A stretch of 49,496 bases of DNA, from the NCBI GenBank assembly GCA_964584125.1, contig CAZOYP010000003.1, positions 1 to 49,496 of the forward strand, read 5' to 3'. Position 1 is the stretch's first letter. Each line of letters opens with the position of its first letter. Below, piece by piece: positions 10,016 to 19,317 of this stretch. A model generated the notes under the pieces. The model did not search any database, was not told the DNA's origin, and saw only the letters and a program-made list of their open reading frames with translations. Origin of the DNA: an uncultured Nitrospinaceae bacterium (GTDB lineage: Bacteria; Nitrospinota; Nitrospinia; Nitrospinales; VA-1). The position numbers were made by a program, and so were the translations under genes.

Positions 10016-11752
10016 TTAGCTAATGGACAGAAAATGATTGGCTAGTTCAATATCTTCTTCACGATGGATTTCAAGCCACCCCTTATGAATTTCAAGAAAG
10101 TTGACGACGTAGCCTCGGTCTATCATTTCTTGTATAAGATCAGTAAATTTAAACAGGCTTATATCATCTGCCTCCTGAAACTTGCCGTGATAGTTTTTTA
10201 CACAGTCTTCATAGGTTTGTAGAAGTTGTTCTGCTCCAGTTTTGGTAAACTTTGCAAGGCCGATAAACTCGTGGGTGGCGGTTTCTGGGTTTAGTTTTGA
10301 GCCAATTTTTGAAATAATATTTTCACAAACAAAACTAATTTTTCTTCTGGTAGGTTGGTATTTATTTTTGCTAATAACAAAATCCTGTATTTTATTTGTT
10401 TCAGGCGTATGGTACTGCATGGTGTTGTCTGCCACAAGCACAATGTCTTCTTGGCAAGTGAGTATTTTTGTCATTATGTGGTCTTCAAATAATATGTCCG
10501 AATATAGCATAATAAAACCGTTTATCATCTTTTTACGAGCTTCCATCAAGCTGTGTAGCTCGGAACCTTTTTTATAGTTTTTATTCTCCTGCAGGATTGT
10601 ACCCTCAGCTTTCATTTTGTCGCTCTTGTAACCTGTGATCACTGTGATATTTGTAAGGTTGTTATTATTGAGTGCACTAATTTGCCAGTCGAGAAGAGTT
10701 TTTCCTGCTATTTCAAACATAGATTTAGGTTTGCCATTTAGAATTGAGTTTAACGATGGGTCCTCGCCCGCAGCAGGGATGATTACAGGAGTATTTTTGT
10801 TATTTTCTTCGAGCTTGTCTTTTTCTTTAACATCTAGAAATCCTACTGTTTTAAATATTTCGCGAACAGGAGAACATATTGGGTCGGCTTCAAATGATCG
10901 CTGGTTGAGGAGTATGGTCCGTGCAGTTTCTTCCATTGCTTTATTAGCACTTCTTAAAAGGTGGTTAGCGTAAATAACAACACGAAACCCAGCCGAACGT
11001 AACTCTTCTTCGGTAAGCGTATTATATGTTGTTGGTACACATACCATTGGTTTATCACAATTAGTCTTTTGAATCATTTTTTGATAGCGTTTAGCAAACT
11101 CCATTATCTGGGCGGGATCTTTTTCTTTAGAATGGATCATTACACCATCAGCTCCAGATTCAAGATAGGTTTGTGCTCTTGAGAGCGCATCGTCAACGCT
11201 TTTTCCAGCTATTAAGCTTTCTAGTCGGGCTATGATCATGAAGTCGGAGGATATTTGGGCGTTTTTACCACGGTGAATTTTTTGAGCGAATACCTCAGGC
11301 TCTTGGAGTGTTTGCTGAATACCCGGCTCCAGGCTGTTTCGCTTTGGGAATATTTTGTCTTCAATGATTACAGCAGAAACGCCAGCTCGTTCAAGCTTAG
11401 TTACCATATATTCAAAGTTATTTGCATCGCCTCCTGTATCTCCATCAACTATCATTGGTTTATGGGTAACAGCCAATATTTCATTAATAGATTGAAGTCT
11501 CGAATCAAAGCTAACGACTTCAATGTCGGGGTGACCTTTTGAAGCAGAGTCAGTAAGACTGCTTTCCCATATTGCATCGAATTCTCGTTGAACTGGTAAT
11601 TCGTTCGACTGTCCTTCAACTCGTACATTATTAGCGATAATACCACTCAGCCCATTATGAGCTTCTAGGACTCGTACTATTTGCTCTTTTTGGAGAAGTG
11701 TTTTTAATTTACTGCGACGCGTCTCAGGGAGAATATTATTTAGTAATGTCAT
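10016..11752 (-). CDS. pepM: Phosphoenolpyruvate mutase fused to a C-terminal NTP-transferase (LicC/PntC-like) domain
   Basis: PepM-diagnostic EDKxxxxxNS motif (EDKIFPKRNS), EAHNGLSG, DGDTGG, VVIYANHLLRS. The C-terminal ~260 aa has IIPAAG...PKSM...YSDILF...EFIGLAKF...WLEI. Confidence 0.9.
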   Translation of the reverse strand: MTLLNNILPETRRSKLKTLLQKEQIVRVLEAHNGLSGIIANNVRVEGQSNELPVQREFDAIWESSLTDSASKGHPDIEVVSFDSRLQSINEILAVTHKPMIVDGDTGGDANNFEYMVTKLERAGVSAVIIEDKIFPKRNSLEPGIQQTLQEPEVFAQKIHRGKNAQISSDFMIIARLESLIAGKSVDDALSRAQTYLESGADGVMIHSKEKDPAQIMEFAKRYQKMIQKTNCDKPMVCVPTTYNTLTEEELRSAGFRVVIYANHLLRSANKAMEETARTILLNQRSFEADPICSPVREIFKTVGFLDVKEKDKLEENNKNTPVIIPAAGEDPSLNSILNGKPKSMFEIAGKTLLDWQISALNNNNLTNITVITGYKSDKMKAEGTILQENKNYKKGSELHSLMEARKKMINGFIMLYSDILFEDHIMTKILTCQEDIVLVADNTMQYHTPETNKIQDFVISKNKYQPTRRKISFVCENIISKIGSKLNPETATHEFIGLAKFTKTGAEQLLQTYEDCVKNYHGKFQEADDISLFKFTDLIQEMIDRGYVVNFLEIHKGWLEIHREEDIELANHFLSIS

Positions 11753-11760
11753 ATTTGACT

Positions 11761-12030
11761 TTAAATAGAATTATTAGTTTCAAGGCGTTCTCGAATCCAT
11801 GCAGGTAGGTATACTGACTCCAGATCAAACTCTTTTAGGGCTTGGATAATTATTTCGTTTTGTTCTTGGTTTGGAAGCGAGCTGTCAATGATGATTGTAT
11901 TTTTCCCATTTACCTTACAGTGGCCACTTTTAACAATGATTTCAGAGTCGAATAAGCTACTAGTTATTATATCAATTGAAAGTTCCGATGCGATTTTTTT
12001 CAGACCCTCTAATTGGGATATCGAATCCAT
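11761..12030 (-). CDS. Hypothetical protein (89 aa)
   Basis: ATG ORF filling the gap between rseP and pepM on the same strand; SGxCxV...ESVYLPxWIRE pattern. Confidence 0.7.
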   Translation of the reverse strand: MDSISQLEGLKKIASELSIDIITSSLFDSEIIVKSGHCKVNGKNTIIIDSSLPNQEQNEIIIQALKEFDLESVYLPAWIRERLETNNSI

Positions 12031-12056
12031 TTTCTGAAATGGCCTTAGAATCTTAC

Positions 12057-13424
12057 CTAATTGATAACTCGTACTATATCGTTATAGAAAGCAAATACCA
12101 TCAAGCTTATTAGCATGAAAAAGCCTATTTGTTGAGCTATTTCTCTATTTTTTTCACTAACCGGTCGTCCCTTCGCTATTTCTATGAGAAAAAACAAAAT
12201 GTGACCCCCGTCCAAAATTGGGATTGGGAGTAAATTAATTAATCCAAGGTTGATACTTAGTAAGGCGGTTAGTCTAAAAAATTCATAAAAGCCTTGCTCG
12301 GCCTGCTCTCCATAAATCTGAAAGATCAGTATGGGGCCACCAATTTGATCTGCTGGAATTGATCCAAATAGCATTTTTTGCACACTGACCGCGATCAAGG
12401 CGGTCATTTCCCAAGTTTCTTTTATGGATCTTCCGATCGCAGCAAGCAGGCCATATTGCTCGAGCACCATGTGGCCACTCATTCCAATACCAATCTCTCC
12501 AATTTCTAAATTTTTTCCATCTTTATCTTTAATTATTTTTGAGATAGGACTCAGGGGTATTAGTATTTCTGTGTCGTTACGTTGAATTTTGAAAACCAGG
12601 GATTTGCCTGGTTTATCGACTGCCGCAGGTCTAAGGTCCGACCAGCCAAATATGTTTGTATCGTCCACTGCGATAATACGGTCATTAATTTGTAGACCTG
12701 CCTTTTCGGCAGCACTTCCCTTTTTGACATAGCTAATAGTATTTGCAAGTGGGGTTATGCCAATTAGTCCGACTTTTTCTTTGTCGCCAAAAAGATTATT
12801 GATTTCTTCTGAATTGGGTATAACTTCTAAATTAATAATCCCTTTTGTTAAGCGTTCAATTTGAAAGTTGAGACTCTTCCCAGGTGAATCATATACCTTC
12901 TTCTGAAGCTCACTCCAATAAAGGATTGGTTTGTTATTGATAGATACTATTTTGTCTCCTGTCTGGAGGCCTGCCTCGAGGGCGGGTGAATTTGATTTTA
13001 CAGTTCCAATTATTGGACCTATTGTTTCAACTCCTACCATGAAGATAAATATATAGATAGCTAAAGCAAATAGAATATTAAATAAAGGACCAGCAAATGC
13101 TATTAAAAGACGGTGGTGTGGTGGCGCAGCTGAGAACGAACCTTTTTCATTTGTTTCTTCACCAAGTTCCTCTCCCTTCATTTTTACATAACCGCCCAGC
13201 GGGATAGCTGCAATAATAAATTCGGTGCCTTGGGAGGTTGTCCCAAATAGCTTTTTGCCAAAACCTATAGAAAACTTTTCTACAATGACACCACATTTTC
13301 GGGCAGCAAGAAAATGCCCTAGCTCATGGATAAATATGAGGGCGGCCAAGCCAGCTAGAAATGCGAAAACTTTGAGGCCAACAGTTGATAAAGCATCGAG
13401 AGATATAGATGATATTTCAAACAT
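12057..13424 (-). CDS. rseP: RIP metalloprotease RseP (two PDZ domains)
   Basis: HELGH zinc motif, FSIGFG, IPLGGYVKM, AGPLFN, NLLPIPILDGG. Confidence 0.95.
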   Translation of the reverse strand: MFEISSISLDALSTVGLKVFAFLAGLAALIFIHELGHFLAARKCGVIVEKFSIGFGKKLFGTTSQGTEFIIAAIPLGGYVKMKGEELGEETNEKGSFSAAPPHHRLLIAFAGPLFNILFALAIYIFIFMVGVETIGPIIGTVKSNSPALEAGLQTGDKIVSINNKPILYWSELQKKVYDSPGKSLNFQIERLTKGIINLEVIPNSEEINNLFGDKEKVGLIGITPLANTISYVKKGSAAEKAGLQINDRIIAVDDTNIFGWSDLRPAAVDKPGKSLVFKIQRNDTEILIPLSPISKIIKDKDGKNLEIGEIGIGMSGHMVLEQYGLLAAIGRSIKETWEMTALIAVSVQKMLFGSIPADQIGGPILIFQIYGEQAEQGFYEFFRLTALLSINLGLINLLPIPILDGGHILFFLIEIAKGRPVSEKNREIAQQIGFFMLISLMVFAFYNDIVRVIN

Positions 13425-13444
13425 AAGTAATTTAGGGTAATTGT

Positions 13445-14128
13445 TTAGGGGCTAGGTGTAAAATCTTGAATTTCTACTCCGGGAGGAACTTCGAAATCAA
13501 AAACACTTTCTGGTATTTCCTCGTTAGTACGGATGGCTCGAAATTTAATTTCTGTTTTATTACCCAATTTATCATACACGGTCGCCCCTGTGATTTGGTA
13601 GTTATTTTTGTTTGCTCGAAGGAGGAGGCGGCTTAAATTACTTTCAACTTCCTTTGGAGTAAAGACAACGATAAACTTATTCTTTTTAGTTAGAACCTGC
13701 ACAGTGTCAAAAGTGTCAGTCAACCTTCCTTGCCCTGCCAGAAAGAGCGCAGGAGTATTTGATGAATATACGTTTTCAATAGGCATTTTTGTTGCTTGCT
13801 CATCTTCAGGTGCGTAGAGCCATAAATTTTTTTGATCGCTAATAAGAATCTGTGGATCTGGAGAGTTATATGTCCATTTCATTTTACCCGGTTTTTTAAT
13901 CTGGACATTCCCTCGGGTAATTTCTGTTCTGTTTATCATCTTTACAAAGGCCTTTTGCTCAAAGGTTGCCTGAAATGTTAGAACGGATTCATAATTCTTT
14001 TGAATTGCATTAACAGTGGCCTGCTCGTTACTAGTAGCCCATGAAGGGATATGCCAATATAAAATAAGAAAAGTAAATAATAAACTGAATTTCATTTGCA
14101 TGAACATCTTTGTGTGATAATTCTTCAT
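13445..14128 (-). CDS. lolA: Outer membrane lipoprotein carrier LolA family
   Basis: Signal peptide, FQATFEQ, KKPGKMKWTYNSPDPQILISD, FDFEVPPGVEI. Confidence 0.9.
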   Translation of the reverse strand: MKNYHTKMFMQMKFSLLFTFLILYWHIPSWATSNEQATVNAIQKNYESVLTFQATFEQKAFVKMINRTEITRGNVQIKKPGKMKWTYNSPDPQILISDQKNLWLYAPEDEQATKMPIENVYSSNTPALFLAGQGRLTDTFDTVQVLTKKNKFIVVFTPKEVESNLSRLLLRANKNNYQITGATVYDKLGNKTEIKFRAIRTNEEIPESVFDFEVPPGVEIQDFTPSP

Positions 14129-14748
14129 TAACGGGTTTTGTGCGCCACTGTTCTACCGTTGATTTTGATTTGATTTTCTTTGATCATCTTGATTGCTTTT
14201 GGATAAAGGTGGTGCTCCTGCTCAAGTATTCTTTCAGAAAGAGACTTTTCGTTATCGTTGTCGTAAATAGGGACTGCAGTTTGTAAAATAATTGGTCCGC
14301 TATCAATACCCGAATCAACGAAGTGGACAGTGCACCCGGAAAATTTAACCCCGTATTCTATGGCTTGTTTTTGAGCATTTAAACCTGGAAATGCTGGTAG
14401 TAAGGAAGGATGTATATTTATAATTTTTTCCTTAAAGGTTTGTATCACCTCTTCTCCTAGGATGCGCATATATCCAGCAAGACAAATAAGGTCAACAGAA
14501 AATTCTTTTAATTTTTCTACAAGGGCTTTGTCGTACTCCTTTTTGTTTAAATAGCCAGCAGGATCAATAAAAATTGTTTTTATGTTATGTTTTGCTGCTC
14601 GCCTTAAAGCCATGGCGTCTTTGGTATTGCTAATGACTATGGAAATATTGGCGCTCAGTTCTTCTCTCTCAATACTGTCGATTATAGATTGCAAATTAGA
14701 ACCGCGGCCGGAAACAAGAACGGCTAATTTGAAAATATTTAATGTCAT
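14128..14748 (-). CDS. purN: Phosphoribosylglycinamide formyltransferase
   Basis: VLVSGRGSNLQ, LAGYMRIL, INIHPSLLPAFPG, GCTVHFVD. Confidence 0.97.
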   Translation of the reverse strand: MTLNIFKLAVLVSGRGSNLQSIIDSIEREELSANISIVISNTKDAMALRRAAKHNIKTIFIDPAGYLNKKEYDKALVEKLKEFSVDLICLAGYMRILGEEVIQTFKEKIINIHPSLLPAFPGLNAQKQAIEYGVKFSGCTVHFVDSGIDSGPIILQTAVPIYDNDNEKSLSERILEQEHHLYPKAIKMIKENQIKINGRTVAHKTR

Positions 14749-14964
14749 CTGTGATATAAGGTCGTTATTTTACTTAAAATTATAATACCTATCGTGTGGA
14801 GCTTAGCACTTTCTAAAAGGAGGTACAAACAGTTCATAAGAAATAACTTGTAGAGAGTTGTATGCTATTAAATGAGTCTAAAAAAATTATAGGGCTAAAA
14901 GTGTTTCTTAAAGGGAGTCTGTTTTGTAATGTTATATTAAGTAACGTGAAAACTGGGGAGTCTA

Positions 14965-16959
14965 TCAAAGCCCTGCGTTTGTCAAAGTTTTTAATAGCCC
15001 TATGTTTTGAGTGTGCCCTGATTTGTATGCTCTGATATGTCCTCGAATGGGCTTACCTAAAAGATAAAAATCTCCCAGGATATCAAGAATTTTATGTCTT
15101 GGGAATTCATTTTCAAATCGTAATTGGGTATTGATAACTTTCCCATCTCCCAGCAAAATAAAGTTGTCCAAGTTGCCACCAGAAGCAAATCCCATTTTTG
15201 TTAATTGGGCGATGTCTTTCATAAACCCGAATGTGCGTGCAGGGGCTATTTCTTTTTTAAAGCTTTTATTATCTATATATTCGAATGTGTGGCCCATCAC
15301 TCCTATTGGAGCCGGGTACTCCATATGGTAACTAACCTTAAAAGTATCACTTGGTTCAATGCTAATATAGGAAGTGCCCATTTCTTGAGTCCCGAATGTA
15401 TATTTTTTATCGATAATTAATTCCTGATAAAATTTTCCCTGTTCTTCAATTCCTCCGTCTTCGATTAGTTCACAAAAATCTTTTGAAGATCCATCCATGA
15501 CCGGAACTTCATCTCCGACCTTTATGAGCAAGTTTGTAATTTGGTACATGTGGAGAACAGCCATGATATGTTCTATGGTAGCCACGCTGGCTTTTCCTTT
15601 TTGGAGGGTTGTAGAGTAGCTGGTAGATATAATATTTTCAAGTCGCGCTGGAATAGTTTGTCCGCTGGAAATGTGACTAAAAATAATGCCGCTTTCGGGC
15701 GGCAAAGGTTGCAGGATTAGGCCAGTTTTGAGTCCTTTATGAAGTCCGCTTCCATATAATACGACGCTTCTTTTAAGTGTTCTTTGCTGAGGGTATTTAA
15801 GTTTGTTGATTTTTATTTTTTTCGGTTGGGCTTTTGGTCGACTGATTTCTAAAGGAATTTGATTAAGAGAAATGCCTTTCTGTGAAGTAGCGACTGCAAG
15901 AATGCGATCTAATACAGAATGAAGTTCCCTGATATTTTCTGGCCAATGATATTGACAAAAGGCTTCAAGTGCCGCTGAGTCTAATTCGGGGGTTGGGAAC
16001 CCATCCTTTTGTGATATTTTTTCAAGATGGTTGCGAACCAACACAGGAATAATCGAAGGATTCTCTCTTAAAGAAGGCACGTTAATAGTTGTATTTTTAA
16101 AAAATTTCAGTAGATCACGGTTAAACAGACTTTGTTGAGAAAGTTCCTCGAGATTTTTAGAAGAAGAGATGTATAGGCGTGATGGTAGTAATCTTTGTTC
16201 TTCAGTTTCATCAGGAGATAACGAATTGAATAGCTTCTTTTGAATGGTTTGATTCAGGGCATCTACATTATCTAAATAAACAACTTGGGATAGGGTTGGA
16301 TACGTGTTCAAGTCATTAGTCTGTGATGTATTTGAGCCTTTGTTTGATTGAAATAGAAAAGAATTGATTTCGTGAGGTGGCCTAGAAGCACAATTGAGCT
16401 TAATAAAAGGAATATTATTTTTTGAGCTTCTTTGATGGATTTCTTGCGCGATATATTCTTTTCCTGTTCCTATTTCTCCTAAAAAGAGCAGGGCATTATT
16501 TGATTGTGAGTGGGTTTTTATGGCTTTTTGTGTTTCAATTAGCGTGGCAAACCCTAGCAAGGCAGCGTTGTTTTTTTTTACTGGGTGGTTTTTTTTGAGT
16601 CCCAATGCACTTTTTACAGATTGAGTTAATCTGTCCATTGAGAACGGTTTTTCAATAAAGTCAAAAGCTCCAAGCTTAGTTGCTTTTACTGCTGTGTCGA
16701 TGGTCCCGTGCCCAGACATGACCAGGACTTCTATTTCAGGGTGATAAGTTTTAACAGTCTTTAATACCTCTATCCCATCCATTCCAGGAAGCCAGACATC
16801 GAGCAATAAAAGATCTGGTGGATCAGATTGAATCATATCCAGTGCGTTGAGCCCGTCCTCGGTTACCAAAACATCATAGCCCTCATCAGATAAGATTTCT
16901 TTAAGGGAATTTACGATATTGGTTTCATCATCAATTACTAAAATACGTTCTCGAGGCAA
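14965..16959 (-). CDS. lpxC: Fusion protein: response-regulator receiver + degenerate sigma54-type AAA+ domain + UDP-3-O-acyl-GlcNAc deacetylase LpxC
   Basis: N-terminus ILVIDDE...LLDVWLPGMDG...MSGHG...FIEKP; middle GEIGTGKE...KLNCA...YHWPENIREL; C-terminus QRTLK...GLHKG...TIEHIMA...APARTFGF...HKILDILGD...SGH. One uninterrupted frame with TTG start and GGAG RBS. Confidence 0.92.
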   Translation of the reverse strand: MPRERILVIDDETNIVNSLKEILSDEGYDVLVTEDGLNALDMIQSDPPDLLLLDVWLPGMDGIEVLKTVKTYHPEIEVLVMSGHGTIDTAVKATKLGAFDFIEKPFSMDRLTQSVKSALGLKKNHPVKKNNAALLGFATLIETQKAIKTHSQSNNALLFLGEIGTGKEYIAQEIHQRSSKNNIPFIKLNCASRPPHEINSFLFQSNKGSNTSQTNDLNTYPTLSQVVYLDNVDALNQTIQKKLFNSLSPDETEEQRLLPSRLYISSSKNLEELSQQSLFNRDLLKFFKNTTINVPSLRENPSIIPVLVRNHLEKISQKDGFPTPELDSAALEAFCQYHWPENIRELHSVLDRILAVATSQKGISLNQIPLEISRPKAQPKKIKINKLKYPQQRTLKRSVVLYGSGLHKGLKTGLILQPLPPESGIIFSHISSGQTIPARLENIISTSYSTTLQKGKASVATIEHIMAVLHMYQITNLLIKVGDEVPVMDGSSKDFCELIEDGGIEEQGKFYQELIIDKKYTFGTQEMGTSYISIEPSDTFKVSYHMEYPAPIGVMGHTFEYIDNKSFKKEIAPARTFGFMKDIAQLTKMGFASGGNLDNFILLGDGKVINTQLRFENEFPRHKILDILGDFYLLGKPIRGHIRAYKSGHTQNIGLLKTLTNAGL

Positions 16960-16976
16960 ACTTAATCTCCAAGGTG

Positions 16977-17627
16977 TTATGTTAAGGGGGTTTTGTGCTG
17001 CTTTTGAAATTCTAAATAAAAAATACGCTCTCCTGCGCAGATAAATTTTTTTTCGTATTTGCTTTTAGGGACCCCTTCTTTTTGAAATAGAAATGTACCA
17101 AGCCCATTTTTGTTTTTCAAGGCCAATTCATTCTCAAAAAAATAAAGAATTTCCATGGCGTAGGCCTCGTGATCTGTCGCGATATGAATTTCACCATTAG
17201 GCTTAAGCTTTTCGGTCAGAACTTTGATGAAGTCTGGTTTAATTAGTCTACGTTTATGATGCTTTGTTTTTGGCCACGGGTCGGGGAAGTTTATGTATAC
17301 ATTGCTAACTTCTTCAGGGTTAAATAAAAGGGGGATTTTATTTTTCGCATCACCATATATGATTCTGGCATTGTGCATTTCATGTTTGTCAATTCGAGTA
17401 ATAACTTTTCGGATCCCTTTGTGATAAAAATCAATTCCAATAAAGTTTTCATTAGGTTCTCGAATACCCATTTCTATAAGAAAGTTTCCGACTCCAAAAC
17501 CGATTTCTAGGTTCAATGGATTACGATTTCCAAATAAATTTTCCCAATTGGGTCTAGTTTCGACGTCGAGAAAGTTGGAACTGTTTTCTGCTATTTCTTC
17601 AAATGAAATAAGATTTTTAAAAGACAT
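16977..17627 (-). CDS. trmB: tRNA (guanine-N7)-methyltransferase TrmB
   Basis: LEIGFGVG, INFPDPWPKTKHHKRRL, ATD, SKYE. Confidence 0.95.
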   Translation of the reverse strand: MSFKNLISFEEIAENSSNFLDVETRPNWENLFGNRNPLNLEIGFGVGNFLIEMGIREPNENFIGIDFYHKGIRKVITRIDKHEMHNARIIYGDAKNKIPLLFNPEEVSNVYINFPDPWPKTKHHKRRLIKPDFIKVLTEKLKPNGEIHIATDHEAYAMEILYFFENELALKNKNGLGTFLFQKEGVPKSKYEKKFICAGERIFYLEFQKQHKTPLT

Positions 17628-17634
17628 TAGATGT

Positions 17635-18120
17635 TTACGCTTCTTCGTCTTCTGAGAACTCGTGAATGGTTTTTATGCGAACAACTTCGTATTCTATGTT
17701 ATGGTCTGGCAAAGATATTATAACCTCATCTCCTTCTTGTTTTCCCATTAATGCTCTTCCGATGGGTGATCCACCAGAAATTTTACCTGCCTCGGGATCA
17801 ACATCCTCAGGAAATACTAGTTGAAATTTTTTTTCTTGGCCAGTTTTGATTTCAGAAAGAAACAGTGTACTACCCAATCCGGACCTGTCCCGCGGTATTT
17901 TATCTATGTCAAGCGAAGTGACGTCGCTGATCCTTTTTTGCAATAGAGAAATTCTGGCTTGAAGAAATGTTTGCCTTTCTTTTGCGGCCTTATATTCGGC
18001 GTTTTCTTTTAAATCACCATGTTCTCTTGCTATTAGTATTGCCTTTGGGATATCTACCTGTAGCTCTTTTTGAGACATCAAAAGTTCATTATCAAGTTTT
18101 TTAATAATAGCCTGCTTCAT
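17635..18120 (-). CDS. greA: Transcription elongation factor GreA
   Basis: AREHGDLKENAEYKAAKE, SPIGRALMGK. Confidence 0.94.
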   Translation of the reverse strand: MKQAIIKKLDNELLMSQKELQVDIPKAILIAREHGDLKENAEYKAAKERQTFLQARISLLQKRISDVTSLDIDKIPRDRSGLGSTLFLSEIKTGQEKKFQLVFPEDVDPEAGKISGGSPIGRALMGKQEGDEVIISLPDHNIEYEVVRIKTIHEFSEDEEA

Positions 18121-18188
18121 GCAGATTTTCTCCGATTGAATTGTATGATTTTTAGTATTAGATTAACCTTCTTAAGCGTTAAATGCGC

Positions 18189-18217
18189 ATTCTAGAAAAC
18201 CATTTTGCCTTGCGCAA
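18189..18217 (-). promoter_or_regulatory. Sigma70-type promoter for greA-trmB-lpxC fusion
   Basis: TTGCGC (18217-18212), 17-nt spacer, TAGAAT (18194-18189), followed by GCGCA. Confidence 0.55.
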
Positions 18218-18257
18218 GGTAAAACTATATAATAAGCCAATAGCATTTATATGTGGG

Positions 18258-19220
18258 CTAAGGTTTTTTTGTGAAACTTTTAGTCAGCGTGTATACATAC
18301 CCTGTTCCGGCAAGTGGTAAGAGAAAGCATAAGTGTTGAGTTAGAGCTAGTGCAATGGCTTGCTCGGGTTCTATCCCAAGATATTGGTAAATAAAAAAAA
18401 CGGTTGCTTCATAAACACCAAGGTTCCCTGGTGCTAATGGAACTATAGTTGTTAGGTTCAATGCGGCTAGAACCAACAGGACACTCCAGATTGGTAGGTC
18501 TATACCGAAACCCTTCTGTATTGCCCAGATTGCCGAAGCTTCACTCAATTTCATTCCATAAGCTAAAATAACACCATAAAAAAAAGTTTGGAAATTGCGG
18601 AGTCCTTCCAATTGTCGTCCCCAGCGAGATACAAAGTCAATGGTCTTTTCTTTAAAGTTTTTTTTGCAAGAAGAAACTTCCTTTTTATAATCATGAAAGC
18701 GAAAAGAGAAATATAAAAGAATACTCATGAAAAGAAAAATAATGACAATTAACCCAAGTATTCCTTTTTTCATTAAGGGTGGTATGGGAGTAAGCAAACT
18801 TACAATTAAAAGAACAGTCAACTTAGCTATTCCTTCAGCGAGTTGATCAAGCGACATTACTGAAAGGGCGGTCGAATGATTAATACCTTCTTTTTTTGCA
18901 AGAAGAAAAACCCCGCAAGCATGTCCGCCAGGAAATGGAATTATGTTCATTGCAGTACTCATAAGGGCATTAACTTTAAACATTTCTTTAAATGTGACAG
19001 AAGCTTTACCTGGCAAGAATATAATCCACTGCTTGGCCCAGAATATAAAAATTAAAAAATGTCCAGCAATCCCAAGAAAAAGCCATAAAGGGTGAACTTG
19101 TTTGATGCTATCCCAAGATTGATTCCACTGTATTTTACTAAAGCATAAAAAAAGTAGGTAGGTTGAAAAAGTCCATGCAATTAGTAGTAAAATTTTCTTT
19201 AGTTTTGGACTGGGCATCAA
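18258..19220 (-). CDS. Lysylphosphatidylglycerol-synthase TM / flippase-like (UPF0104) membrane protein
   Basis: Multiple hydrophobic helices; W...N.IPFPGG, PLAPGNLGVYEA motif. ATG at 19217 is an alternative start. Confidence 0.8.
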   Translation of the reverse strand: MMPSPKLKKILLLIAWTFSTYLLFLCFSKIQWNQSWDSIKQVHPLWLFLGIAGHFLIFIFWAKQWIIFLPGKASVTFKEMFKVNALMSTAMNIIPFPGGHACGVFLLAKKEGINHSTALSVMSLDQLAEGIAKLTVLLIVSLLTPIPPLMKKGILGLIVIIFLFMSILLYFSFRFHDYKKEVSSCKKNFKEKTIDFVSRWGRQLEGLRNFQTFFYGVILAYGMKLSEASAIWAIQKGFGIDLPIWSVLLVLAALNLTTIVPLAPGNLGVYEATVFFIYQYLGIEPEQAIALALTQHLCFLLPLAGTGYVYTLTKSFTKKP

Positions 19221-19317
19221 AATTAATTTTGTAACTAATTTGGTTTAGTTTTTTTTGCTCAAAGTATGTTGATTGTGTTTTCACCTTTGGGTAGATTTTT
19301 AACGGGCGGGTCTTGGC

